Below, in pieces: positions 47,601-60,399 of a stretch of 64,000 bases of DNA; positions within the stretch are counted from its first letter, which is position 1, and each line of letters opens with the position of its first letter. This DNA comes from Chlorokybus atmophyticus. Taxonomy: Eukaryota > Plantae > Mesostigma and Chlorokybus algae. The stretch covers positions 956,864 through 1,020,863 of the forward strand of contig RHPI01003389.1 in the NCBI GenBank assembly GCA_009103225.1, in the 5' to 3' direction. A program made the translations under genes and the position numbers. The notes beneath the pieces are model-generated. The model worked only from the letters and a program-made list of their open reading frames with translations, did no database searches and was not told where the DNA came from.

Positions 47601-48021
47601 CCTGGAGATTGACGTTGATAACCGGTAAGTCCGGTAAGTGTTGCGCAATGGTGTGACATTTGTTGTGCATTATATTGGCGATGTTGTACGATGTTGCACA
47701 ATGTTGTTTAATATCAATGCATATTGCATGATATTTGAGCATGTACGAACGATGTTGCACAACATTGCATTATATGGTTCTATGTTTGACGACATTTGAC
47801 CATATCGCGTAACATGAACTGCATTTCATGACCACACTGTACACATCATACGGTTTGTTGACATGGCAAATTTAGTTGATTGCCGTATCACCCATCATCC
47901 AACCAAACTTTGTATGTAATCATCTCCTCAATCCCATCATCTCTTCTCACCAATCGCATCGCGGCATGGCTTAGCACGTGGTGCTCTGCCGATGCAGACC
48001 CTTTTCCTTGCCACGCAAATA

Positions 48022-50425
48022 TGTTGAGATGCGTTGACAAACCTACACATGCACATGTGTGCACGCCACCCAACACCAACGCCAAGAGGCTGCAACAACA
48101 AGACTAAGACTAAGACCATCTATTGCCATCATGTCCGCGGGTTTTATACCCGCCAGAAATACACCTGTCTACTCTAGAAGCCACCACGTTTGCTACACTT
48201 ATTTGAATGCTGCGTTCTAAGAGGCATCTTGTAGCTACTTTCAAGGGCTATCTACTAAGCTCTAGAACGTTCAAATCGGTGCAGTAATCACCGAGTTATG
48301 ACGATTCTTGTGCAGGTCTGGAAGTCGCCAGACTCCGGACTCGAGTCCGCGCCTGGAACTCTCGACTCGAGTCCTCGCCTAGAGCGTTCTCGCGGCCATT
48401 CCTATTCAAAGGGCAAGCTGACCGTTCGCCTGGATGTAGGAATATCTTCAACACTCCCACGCGGGCAGCTTGGCCTTCAACACTTCTCCCGTTTTAAACT
48501 CATGCATCGCTAGCTCTCATGCTAGCCTTGCCTCTCTTCTTGTGTACGATTGCGACGAAGCCTTTGACCTTGTCTTCCTCCAGCTCCTCCATGCTTCCCA
48601 TGAGCGCCTGGAACCGGTTCTCCTTTAAAGATGTGTCCTCCACAGCAACTTGAGCTTTTGAGACGTCCTCTCGCATCTTGCTCCCATGCTGCACTTGCTC
48701 CTTGTCGCCCTGTGCCTGCTGCACCTGTCCTCGTGAGACAGCAACTCTAGCTCTAGTGGTAGCCCTTGGCTCTTCCTTAGCCACCTTGCTCTCCACCACT
48801 TGCTTGTAACTCTTTACAGCTCCCACGAGCTCCGAGCTTGTCCGCTTCCTAGCAACCTTCAGTGCCTCCTTGTTGCTCAAACCTTGTGGTGTCTTGCAAT
48901 CTTTCTCAACCACCCTTGTCTTTGCGACAACCTTGTGTGCGATGTCCTCCTCTTCAACGTGGTAGAGCCCACCCTTGTTGATGCCTACCACATGTGTGAC
49001 GTCCCCAAGAACTATCCTACCCTTGTCCGCATCAAACACAGCCCTAGCAGCAACCCTTGTGGCTACACGTACTGAGAGCAAGCTAGCAGATGCACCTGGC
49101 ACATACAGTACATCTTAAAGCACAATGTTTCTCACGGCACTACCAACTTTGCACCTCAAGTTGACGTTGCCCTTTGCAACAGCATTCAGCATCTTCATGT
49201 TGCCAAAGTCCACCGTGACAGGCTCAGTCAAAGGAGTGAGGTTGGCGAGCTTGCTCCTATCGCTTGTGAGATGCCTGTTCGCTCCCGTGTCCAGCACCCA
49301 CCCAGGATACTCCGCTCCCTCATTCGATGCATGGAAAGCAACCGCTCGATGCTCACCATCAGCCTTCTTTAACTTGGGACACTTCATCTTGATGTGACCA
49401 CGCTCCCCGCAGTGCCAACACTCCACGTTGATGCCTCGAACGCCCTTCCTCACATGATGCTTCGATGATGATGTGAATGCCATAGTGCCTCCAAGTGCTC
49501 CTTCTCCATCATCATCCTTCTTCCTCAAGCGCTGCTTCTCTTTAAGAAGCCTAGGTGTCACTCCATATAGCGACAAGTCCTCTGTCCCGGACTCCAAGAT
49601 AGTGACCACCACTCTATACTCCTTAGGCAATCCCAAAAGCACAGCCCACACTACCTCAACTTCCTTGACTTCATGGCCGACGCCCACCAAGTCCTTCCAC
49701 AACGCCTTTGCTCGCGCAATGAACTTGACAATAGGCTCTCCGCTTTCCTTCCGCAACGAGTTGAGCTCTTGCCACAACTGCAACCTCCTTGCCATGTTGC
49801 GCGCCTTGAAGTGGCTCTCCAACTTCGTTCAAAACTCCCTTGCACTTTTGCACTCCTTCACCAGCACTAGGTGATGATCCGCCATGTGCAAGCCAATCAG
49901 CGACAGTGCCTTCTTCCCTTGCGCGATCCAAATACTCGCCTCGCCTACAGGGACTGTCTCCGCCAGGTCTACATACTTCCACAACTCCTTGTGGGCCAGT
50001 AGCAGCTCCATTTTCACGCTCCATATGTTGTAGTTGTCAACGTCTAGTGGTCAATCGTGAACTTGATGCCGTCCATGCTTGTGACCTCCGTTGCCTCTTG
50101 CAACCTACCCATTAAGCAAGCACCTACTCACACGATAACAACTCACAACACCCTACACAAGCATGTGTGGGCCCATAACCTATTGAGATGCGTTGACAAA
50201 CCTACACATGCACATGTGTGCACGCCACCCAACACTAATGCCAAGAGGCTGCATCAACAAGACTAAGACTAAGACCATCTATTGCCATCATGTCCGCGGG
50301 TTTTATACCCGCCAAGAATACACCTGTCTACTCTAAAAGCCACCACGTTCCCTACACTTATTTGAATGCTGCGTTTTAAAAAGCATCTTGTAGCTACTCT
50401 CAAGGGCCATCTACTAAGCTCTAGA
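48022..50425 (-). mobile_element. Non-autonomous Copia (family B): gag and protease only
   Basis: 432-bp LTR at 48022-48453 and a second LTR from 50181, truncated at about 50425. Same PBS and PPT as family A. gag (CWHCGERGHIKMKC) and PR (WVLDTGANRH) present; no IN, RT or RH. Possible TSD AAATA (48017-48021, 50426-50430). Confidence 0.88.
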
Positions 50426-50559
50426 AAATATACTTTGGCAGTATATCTAACGCTGCTATATATGTAGATACCAGATAGACTTTAAGTCGCAGGGCACTGT
50501 GCATACATGCCTGTCGCATCACCTGCCTCAGACCCCTGCCCATTGCACCTGGTTGATAG

Positions 50560-51617
50560 CATGGACTTTGACGGGAACGACCTGTTCGAGAGGCTCCACG
50601 CTCAAACTTATAATAACGAACCTGGCTCTAAGCGTCCACGTACCAGTAGCTCTGGAGGTGATGCGCTTGGTCGTCCGCTGACAGCAAAGCAACTGGTAGC
50701 ATGTGACTCAGCAGGTATCACTCCTGACAAGCTGGAGGGACTATTCACCAAGTTAGAGGCCAATAAATTGATTCGCCCTGCCAAGGAGAGAGCTCAAGAG
50801 TTTCGCATTAACCATGGAGACTTTATTGCAACTGGTGAGAGGCGGTTAATGTATACTTACACACTGTGGTGCATGTGTTAACTGATGCATGTATGTGCAG
50901 GAACATGCATCTACTACCTCAGAAAGCTCGGCATCGACATTTCTGATGACCTGAAGCGCCAAGTAGCTTACAAGCTGTGGGACACTCTGATGCGCAAGGA
51001 CAACCCAGATTTCCCTGATAATGCAGAGCCAATTTACGCTAATCAGGTATGTATCAATGTGACACTTGATCATTGGCCAAAGCACCTTTAGTTAATAGAT
51101 GTTTAACAGGTGTTCGAGCTGGTGCACGTTCGCAAAGTTGGCAACGGGGAGACAGCGCGTTTTGTGTCGCAAGGAAAGGCAGAAAAAGTCATTGAGCAGA
51201 TCAATAAAGCAGACCCAAGGGAAGCTCCAGTAGCAAATGCTGATGCCAATGAGGTGTGTTGTTATCCAAGTTGATGATTGGATTACTGTGCTTGCCAGGA
51301 TTGGTCGCCATGATATGAGTGTGCTATGGTTGCGTAGCAGAAGTTCCAACAACAGTGGACACATCAAGCCAGCACCCATGCAATCACTCCATCTTTTGTT
51401 ACACTTCTGTTTTTTCATTCTCTCCCTTGCTTCTTATCCTTTGCCCGTTGTCTTGTTTTCTTGCTTCTACATCTGCTACGCATGTATGTCAACATTGTTC
51501 AACATCAATCTCGGATGTATATTGCAGCATTCATAGTAACATTTATTTTTGCAGGCAAACGATGAGGTACAAATGATCCTGCGATCCTCCGGCAAGAAAC
51601 AGCATCAATCAAGCCAA
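50560..51617 (+). CDS. Spliced gene of unknown function, interrupted by a Copia
   Basis: GT-AG exons (MDFDGNDLFERL..., YYLRKLGIDISDDLKRQVAYKLWD..., VFELVHVRKVG...). The reading frame continues into the reverse complement of 63131 downward when the TSD is rejoined. Confidence 0.5.
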
Positions 51618-54600
51618 TGTTGAAGGACTAGCATGCACATGTGGTTGAGGCAAGCATGGACACACAGAGACAGAGTTACCGCCACCAGAGCATACACAAG
51701 TCACATCACATTCAACTATTACAAGTTGTCCACTAGTTCTTATACCAGCCAGTTACACACACGTCTACGTTTGCAAGCACTGCATAACTATACTCAGCCT
51801 TTTTACGCGCTCTAAGCCGCGTTGTCTTGTTTACAACTAGAGCTTTCCAACAAGCTCTTACACGCCTAATATGAGTAAGTATACGCGGAGATACGAAGCA
51901 GTTAGTAAGGCACCAGTCTGGAGTCCGGAGTCTGGTCCGACGACGCCATCTTGCTAAGTCCGGACCTAATGCTCGTCCTTACGACCTTCCACTCCTGTGT
52001 GGAGGGTCGATGCTGATCGTATGTAGGAACGACTCTTAACACTCCCACGCGAGCAGCTTGACCTCCAACGCTTGCTCCTGCAGTCAAACACAGATGCCAA
52101 GTCCTGCGCAACAAGTTTTGAACTTGAGCGGTAATAATGGCTTTGTCATGAAGTCCGCCAGCATGCCCTCAGTGTTGCAGTACTGGAACCCCACCTGCTT
52201 CCTTGTGACTCTGTCACGCACAAAGTGATGCATGACATCAATGTGCTTCGTCCTTGCCGAGGCGATCGGGTGCTTCAACAACTTGATGGCTCCTTGGTTG
52301 TCACAGTTGATGACGATGCATGCCATGGGGTGCTCCAAGTTTGCCATGAGCTTGCGAAGCCAGAGTGCCTCCTTCACTGCTGCTGCCGCTGCCATGTCCT
52401 CAGCCTCTGATGTAGATGCTGCTGTTGTTGGCTGCAGCCTGCTGTTCCAGCTCACCATGCCTCCGTTCAGCTTGAAGACGTAGCCTGTAGTGGACCTCCT
52501 GCTATTGAGGTCACCGGCAAAGTCCGAGTCGCAGTAGCCCTCCAACTCAGTGCTCGCGCTCCCAAACTTGATGCCAACTGTTGCGCTCCCAGCAACATAG
52601 CGTAGTACTCCCTTTGCTGCTCTCCAGTGCTCCATGCTCGGTGCAGACATGTAGCGAGCAAGTACTCCCACAGCATGTGCAACATCGGGACGTGTGCACA
52701 CTGTCAGATAGAGCATGCTGCCTACCAGCTCACCATATGGATACTGAGCCTTGTCGAGTACCTCCTCATCCTTTGCCTTGATGAGGGCAGTGCCAAGTGC
52801 CAACGGTGTGGTCTTGATCTTCGCTTCAGTGAGCCCAAATTTGGTGACGAGTCTTCTCACCATCTGCTCCTGACCGATTTTGATTGTGCGTGCAGCCCTG
52901 TCGCGCTCAATCACCATGCCAAGGAACCACTTGGCCTCTCCAAGATCACGAACTGAGAATGCTTGCTGTAGAGCAAGTTTCATCTCCTGCAGGTGGTGCA
53001 CCTGCCTGGCGGTGATGATGATATCATCAGCATACACGAGCAGCCAAACCTTGTTGTCTGCATGGACGAAGAGCTCAGGGTCTGCAGAGGATGCGGTGAA
53101 GCCAAGTGCCTCTCGCTCCTTGGTGAGCTTGATGTGCCACATACGCGGTGCCTGTCACAGCCCGTACAGTGCCTTGATCAGCTTGCACGCTGTGCCTCTC
53201 TCCCCCTTCTTCACATCCAGGTGGTTGCTCGATGAAGATCTCCTCCTCCAGCTCTCCGTAAAGAAAGGCAGTCTTCACATCCGGTGATGCAGCTCTGAGT
53301 CTTCAGCAGCAACCATAGCTAGCAGTGCACGGAAGGTGGTATGCTTACTTGCAGGTGCAATTACTTCGTTGAAGTCCACACCTTCTTGCTACAAGAAGCC
53401 CTTTGCCACCGGTCTTGCCTTGTAGCGCTCAATGTTGCCTTGACCATCACGCTTCACCTTGAAGACCCACTTTACTGGAATGGTCTTCACTCCTTGTGGA
53501 ATCTGCTTCAGTGACCAAGTGTTGTTGGCATGGAGTGACGCAATCTCCTCGTCCATAGCACGCTGCCATTGCTCCGCATCTGGTGCTAACAATGCCTCCT
53601 CGTAGGTGCTTAGCTCCTCATTGTGCACACTGGCGACGTGTGCCTTGTGTAAGAAGTCAGGTGCCTTTCTCCCTCACTGAGTATCTCCGAGCTGCGTGCT
53701 CCTGCTGCAGGTGTGGCTCCTCCTGGCCTGCTACAGATGAGTCCTGCTCACCCTTGATGATGATGGCCTTGCCGGTAGCCTCCAATGTCTCAGCATGCTC
53801 CTCCGGCTGTGCTTCATCTTCAAGAAAACCCCTACTTCTGGTTGTGATAATCCCTCATGGAAAACCACTTCTCTGCTCACAATAATCTTCTGAGTGTCCT
53901 CGAGCAAGATCCTGTAAGCCTTGGAACCCGGTTCATAGCCAACGAAGATGCCCTTCTTGCTGACCGGCTCCAGCTTGTGCCTGAGCTGTTTAGGCACTAG
54001 TGCATATGCCGTGCATCCAAACACACGCATACCACTCACATCTGGTGTGGCTCCATAGAAGTGCTCCCACGGAGTCTTCTGCTTTGAGCTGACCGGAGAC
54101 CTGTTGCGGATGTAGTTGGCAGTGAGTACCGCCTCCTTCCACAGACTGTCTTCCATCTTGGTGTCATTGAGCATGGCTCGAACACGCTCCAAGAGTGTCC
54201 TGTTGAGGCGTTCAGCTGCTCTAGTCTGCTGCGGGGTGTAGGGTGCCGTTGTCTCGTGGTGTATGCCCTTGCTGGCAAAGAACTCCTTCAACTCCTTGTT
54301 AATGTACTACTACTCCCCTCCTCGATCACTCCTCATTGCCTTCATCTTATTGCCAGACTGGGTCTCCAACAAGGCCACAACTGTGCGCACAGCTCCAGCA
54401 ACTTCTGACTTCAGTGTCAACGGAAAGATGACGGCTAGCTTGCTGTAGTCGTCGAGGAATGTAGCAAAGTACCTGACCCCTCCCTTCGCCACAATGCGCA
54501 TAGGGCCACAGACATCCATGTGCACAAGCTCGCAAGGATGCTGACAACTAGAAGAGGATAACGGGAATGGCATAGCATGCTGCTTTGCAACCAGACATGG

Positions 54601-56200
54601 TTCATAAAGTGCACCCGATGCATTCTTGAGCTCTTTTGAGCTGAGATGGATGCCCTTGACCATCTCTTCAGCGACAAGGCGAGTGTGGTTGACGTAGCTG
54701 AGATGCCCGAACCTTCGATGCCACAATGTTGGCGACTCCCTGTCTCTCACCACCATGGCTTGAATGTCAATGTCCTGAGGGTGTTGCTCCATGTGGTAGA
54801 GCCCTCTCGGATCAGCGATTCCAACCACGTGCACGACCCCATCAAGGATGCCTGTGCAGCCACCCTTCCGAGATAGGATCTTCGCGCCTAAGCTCCGCAA
54901 CCCTCACAGAGAATAGACTCGCAATAGCCTTAGGGACATGCAGAACGTTGCGTAACAACACCTCGCGTAGTGTGTTACCAACCTTGCACTGGAGTCGTAC
55001 GTTGCCAACTCCCTCAGCCACCAGTACTTCACCACCGAAGCCCGCTACCTTGATTGTGGACGTCAGCTTCTTGTAGCCCTCCATCACCTCCGTGTGTGGT
55101 GTGAGATGACGATCGCAGCCCGAGTCCACCACCCAGAAAGCTGTGCCCGCCCTCGAACTGGATGCAGTGAAGGCGACATGTTTCTCCTTGTGTTGGTGCT
55201 CTTTGCCGCTGTTGCTGGTGCTTGCTCTAGGTTGCCCCTGTTGTTTCTTCCTACAGTCCTTCACAATGTGCCCCTTCCAACCACACAAGTGGCATGTGAG
55301 GTCTTTGTAACGAGGATTGCCTGGCTTGTTGCCCTTGTACTTCTCTTCACGGTTGCTCTTCTTTGCGTGCTTGCCGGTGTAGAAGGCGACGGCATCCGCT
55401 TGCTCGTCCTTCTTCACAACCCTCTGCTTCACGGTGAGCAGCTTTGGTAGCACATCGTCCAACGTCAACTCCGATGATGACGTCTTCAGCAGGGTTGCAA
55501 CGACCTCGTACTCTGCTGGTAGCTCTGCAACAATGGCCAGCACGACCTCCGTCTCCCCCATGTTGTGGCCGACGTTGATGAAGTCCGCCCACAGCTCTCT
55601 CGCGCGCGCAACATGCTTTGTGATGGGTTTCGCTGTCTCCATCCTGAGTGCGCTCAGCTGCTTGCGTAGTTGCAACTTTCTGGCGTTGTTCTTGGCTCTG
55701 AAAACGGCTGATAGCTCTTCCCAAGCTTGTCTACCATCTTCACATGCAGTGAGCATGGGAAAGTGATGCGGTTTGCTGCTCAACACAAGCAAAGAGTGTG
55801 CTTCTGCTGAATGCTCTAACCACACAGTGTTCGCACTTGGTGTTGGTGGTGGTGCCTTCGGATCAACGTACTTCCACACCTTCCTGTGAATGAGCAAGGC
55901 CTTCATCTCCACGCACCATGTGTTGTCGTTGTAGTTGTCGGTATGCAGCTTTGCAATCTGCCCCTTGTCGTAGATCGCCTCCATCTTTGTCATGCCTGCC
56001 TTTTTTTTTGCAGTTGACACCCAAGGCTCTGCTACCAACAAGCTACCGTAGTGTAGAACTACTATGCACACAAGCTAGTCTCACACTCCTCAAGCGTAGT
56101 GGGCCCATAACCTGTTGAAGGACTAGCATGCACATGTAGTTGAGGTAAGCATGGACACACAAAGACAGAGCTACCGCCACCAGAGCATACACAAGTCACA
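51618..56200 (-). mobile_element. Older, decayed copy of Copia family A with a split 5' LTR
   Basis: 3' LTR 51618-52041. Polyprotein broken by frameshifts (52084-56071). Only the first 88 bp of the 5' LTR remain (56113-56200). Confidence 0.95.
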
Positions 56201-57185
56201 CAATAGAGACCCTGACCACAGCCGACAACGAGCTGGCTGCCTTCAAAGCTGCAGTGTTGCATCCGCTACTGTCGTCATATTCTGCACAGAAGTCAGGTTG
56301 GAAGATCGAGAAGATGCATCAGCTTACTCATTTTGGGCCGGCAACTGTCAGCAGTGGACACCTAGATTGATTCAGCGCCAACCGTATGGAGCAGACGCAC
56401 GCCCAAAATATCAAACGGTGGGCGCGTGGTGGCAACAACCGGGACTACCAGGCACGTATTCAGAAGACATGGAGCTGTGCGGAATATGTGAGAGAGGATG
56501 GCATGGTTGTGAGTCCAGAGATGCGCTCGGTCATGGAGCATGCGCGGCAGCAGTGCTGTACTGTAATGGAAAAGACGGACAAGTTGCTACGGATGGATGT
56601 GCTGACAAGGAGGGAGTTCAACCCGTATTAAAGCGGTTCTGCGCGTAGCCGCCAATTTGCCCTGAAGACTCCATTCGCCAACAAGCTGCCTGCCACCATG
56701 GACAGCTGGTTGAGGAGGGAACAATTGGAGTTGGCCGACGGGTGGCGTGCTATTCCTGTGGTGAACAGAGGCGCAGCGGTGTACATGACATCAGGAGTCG
56801 GCATGGCGCGCGCAACCGGGATGTTCCATGGGCGGCCTTGGTTCTCTACACCTGAGTTGGAAGGTCATGAGGACGGTGTGAACGTGACGTAGTGGGCTCA
56901 GGCACTCTTTTTTAACTTCTGCGCGTGGTGGTTAGGGGTGGTAGCGGCGAGCGCGTGTGGAAGGAAGTTGTGTTTGTCCGCTGGTACACGCAGCTGGATG
57001 TGACGGGCGACACAAAGTGCATTGCTCTGGACTGGGAAAAGCGTCGAGGGGGTCCATATCAGGATGTCGTGACTCTGGAGCGAGTTTAAGTCATTGTCCA
57101 GCTGCTCCCTATGGTTGACAAGGACAGCGCCTGTGTACAAGAAAGCAAATATTGGGTGAACGTTCACTGCACTGCCACATGACAT
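56201..57185 (+). pseudogene. C-terminal remnant of the Plavaka-type transposase
   Basis: Matches 21880-22850 (MEQTHAQNIKRWARGGNNRDYQ) with stops. Confidence 0.88.
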
Positions 57186-57385
57186 ATGTACTTATCTCAC
57201 TACTCTGAGTTTGAAGCATATCAGTCAGTTAGGCATTGCTAATCGTATGCTAAGACTTTTGCATGTGGACGTGTACAAGACCGGGCAGCTGTCACTTCAC
57301 AACTGTCACCACAATTGAATGTTGAATACAACATTCAACAATTAGTCAGCTGTGTGCCATGAAGCATCAATACAGTGCACCACAC

Positions 57386-58576
57386 TCAAGCCACATAGTT
57401 CCATGACACAGGAGGGTAGTCACAGCGCATATCCATTGTTTCAAGCATGAGACGCCCTATGCACTCCGCCATTGCGGGAGGAATTGCATTTGCTATGGTA
57501 ACGGCCGAGGTCATCCATGGCACTCCCAGCGCTGTTTGCCATACAACAATGCCGCCCCTAGTGCTTGAAAGGCAATAGACCGGGTACATTTGCTGTGGCG
57601 CGTTTAATGTCACGATTGTCTTTTTAGCGCTAGCGGACAAGTGCGGCAATAGCAGTCCAACTGCATTGCCCACGTGTGAGCAGCGTGGTGGTCGGGTAGC
57701 TACCACTGGCTGTGTCTCAAACAGACGGTGTTGGAAAATTGATAGGCCAAACATTGTGCCACAAAGGGACGGATTGGGTCTGAATGAGGAAGCTGCTCCT
57801 GGCACAGTCTCAATCACAAACTTGACCTGGCTTGCAAGCAGCAGATGTCGGACAAGCAATATCATCTCCTGGTGTCTCCGGGATGTGCCATGTGCCGCCC
57901 ATTGAGGTGCCAGGATAGCACCTAAATAGGCCTGGCATGGTGGACTGGCCCATATGAGCTCGTACTCGCTCAGCTCTCCTGCACTCAGGGTGCATACATT
58001 GCGGTGTATGAAGGGCAGCGGGTACTCAGAGGAGGGACTTATGCCCATCCCGGTCACGTCAAAGCCTGCGTGATATAGACCGACACTGGCACCGCCACCG
58101 CCGCGAGAGAATAGGTTGAGTGCCCTTGGTCTGCGTGTGCATCCAAGCTTGTTGTCAAATCGCGTGTATGTGGTCAAGGTTGGCCGTGGTGCTGGCCAGG
58201 GACTAACAATGATGCCGTCCGGGCTTACTTTGCGACTGACGTTCTTTCCTCCGACACAGATGTTGACGTGCCCCGTCAACTGATGTGTACGCGAATACGT
58301 TGTGCCCTTTTCAGTTAATGGTCGGTGGTTGATCACCGTTATCAAATACTATACGGTGCTGCCATGCAAAGCCATTCTCATTGCACCATGCATATGTGAT
58401 GCGTCCTCAATCTCGCATGCCAAGAATCGATGCTGACCTGACGCTTGCTTGAATAGTTCCACAACGCCCGCATACCATTCCCCATTCAGCGGCCAATGCA
58501 CCATGACACTCACACCAATCAGCTGCTCGCATCTCAACTTAATTGCGTTCCGCAGCCGATTCAATGCGCTGTCCAA
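57386..58576 (-). CDS. Tudor-C5 DNA methyltransferase, copy 2 (MTase domain open, some motifs altered)
   Basis: Tudor VHWPLNGEWYAGVVE. Continuous 319-aa ORF with WASPPCQ, RHRLF-like FQHRLFE and IANAIPP, ending WNYVA*. Motif I reads LFSRGGGG, ENV has become ETV, and the intron acceptor is mutated. Confidence 0.82.
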
Positions 58577-59114
58577 CGGTTGATGGTCTGCCTCCTCTAC
58601 AGCAGCCAGGGGATGGAACTGCCCACGCCCACACCGTGGAAGACTGCTTCGAATGCGACAACAGCTTCAACATGCATGAAATAAGCATACGCCCAACATA
58701 ACATGCAGTGATACGTCGCGGTCCACTCTGCCGAATTACCTCCACAGCATCCACCACCTGTCCACTAACCACATGTCCCGGTGTTGTCCATGTGAAGAAG
58801 CGCATGGGTTCCCCTCGCCACTCGATGCATGAGCGCGAGCACGATTTGCACACGCACTGCACGCAATGGAAAAACTCGGGTTCCTTGCACAGCACTTGGC
58901 CGAGGCGGCAGCCAAACACGTCGACATTGTGTGTGGTGTAATGCCAGCAAGCAGCACTAAAACCGTGGCACACTGTCTGCACTCGCTGGCATTCGGTCAA
59001 GTGTGCTCGCATTTGTTGCCTACGGCCATTGGCACATACGTACGCATTGCATTGTGGGCACACCAAGCATGGTCTCCTAGGTGAGGGGGATTCAACTGCT
59101 GCCGCCGACATCAT
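58539..59114 (-). CDS. Cys-rich zinc-binding protein, copy 2
   Basis: Near-identical intact 191-aa ORF matching 15043-15618. Confidence 0.6.
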   Translation of the reverse strand: MMSAAAVESPSPRRPCLVCPQCNAYVCANGRRQQMRAHLTECQRVQTVCHGFSAACWHYTTHNVDVFGCRLGQVLCKEPEFFHCVQCVCKSCSRSCIEWRGEPMRFFTWTTPGHVVSGQVVDAVEVIRQSGPRRITACYVGRMLISCMLKLLSHSKQSSTVWAWAVPSPGCCRGGRPSTVGQRIESAAERN

Positions 59115-59597
59115 GCAAAATAGGAATCGGCACGGCTGCCCACAAACTGAGCGAGACTTTAGGGTATGGGCATCAATTTAGGGTTGCCAGCTTACGAACC
59201 CTAAATGGGTCAAACTTCAAGTGAAGCACGACTGTACCAAGAACGCTATTGCAAACCCATGCATGGTACTACATCAACATGAACGGTACTCCATCTGTTA
59301 ATGATACTACAGTACAAGGATACTTGCATACTACCACGATCGTAGAGTAATACTGTGCTGTCATGCCATGGAACCCAGAGCGCTGTCCAAGTTTGTTGCT
59401 GTCAACCACGCTTCAAACTAGCGATGTATGCAAGCCATGCACTGACTCATGCGCCGGGCAGTCATCATTTACATGTACAGCCAATGCTTCTGACAACAGC
59501 AGATCTCTGGTGCACCATGCACCATGCTGCAACTATACATGTACCTACATGGTTCACAAGAAGCCAACACAAAACTACAATACATGCACAATCAGCA

Positions 59598-59837
59598 TCA
59601 AGGCGGGGGCCAAATCACCGCCGACACGTTGGCGTCTTGCATCAGGCGTGGCGACCAAAAGGGGTGAGGTTGCTTGCAGAATGGACACGCTTGTAGATTC
59701 TTTGATTTATTTGCCACAGTCTTCTGATGTGCTATGATGCAGACATGGCACATCGCTTTCTTGCAACAGGGCGTCTCCCCATCCGCTGGGGGGGGTGGCT
59801 CTTCGATGTGACAAATAAGCACACATATCAGCAACAC
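59598..59837 (-). pseudogene. Isolated RING-like exon left after the internal deletion
   Basis: CVLIC...PCCKKAMCHVC...NLQACPFC. Has Gln where copy 1 has a stop. Confidence 0.7.
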
Positions 59838-60399
59838 ATATCAGCAATACATATGACGATAGTTAGGCATTAGTCACCTTCAGTTGTTTAAGGATGCCTC
59901 AACTTGTCGATAATTACCTAGTTGGTGCTTGTGAATTAGGCTTAGTCGCCTGCGCTGGACTGGTGTGTAACCTGCAGGTGCCTGTTACATAGGCTGAGTC
60001 ACCTAAATACGACTGATGTGTAATTTGCAAGTGCCTGCTAGTTAGGTGTAGTCACCTGTTAAGGCCTGATGTGGAATTTATAGGTGCCTGTAAGTTATAT
60101 AAAGTCACCTGTTAAGGCCTGATGTGTAACTAACAGGTGCCTGTGAATTATACAAAATCATCTGGTAGGGCCTGATACGTAACTAACAGGCGCCTGTTAA
60201 TTGGGCATAGTCAACTGTTAAAGACTAAATTGTAACAAAAAGGGCCTGATAGTAATGAAAGTTACTATTAGGTCCCTGTATCAAGATTATAGGTGGACTG
60301 AGCCACGTTAGTGTCCTCGGGTGCACGGCCGTTGCCAATATTTAGTCGGCCGGCAGGGAAAACATATTGCGACGTACTTCGCGGTGACATTAACAGTTT

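Larger units (their letters stand above)
56201..60374 (-). mobile_element. Second, internally deleted copy of the Plavaka-type cargo transposon (inverted)
   Basis: Left TIR ends at 60374, followed by subterminal repeats. The sequence then jumps from the equivalent of about 8095 to about 14330, runs through RING, Cys-rich and Tudor-MTase, and ends in the transposase 3' part truncated at the equivalent of about 22850. Confidence 0.92.
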
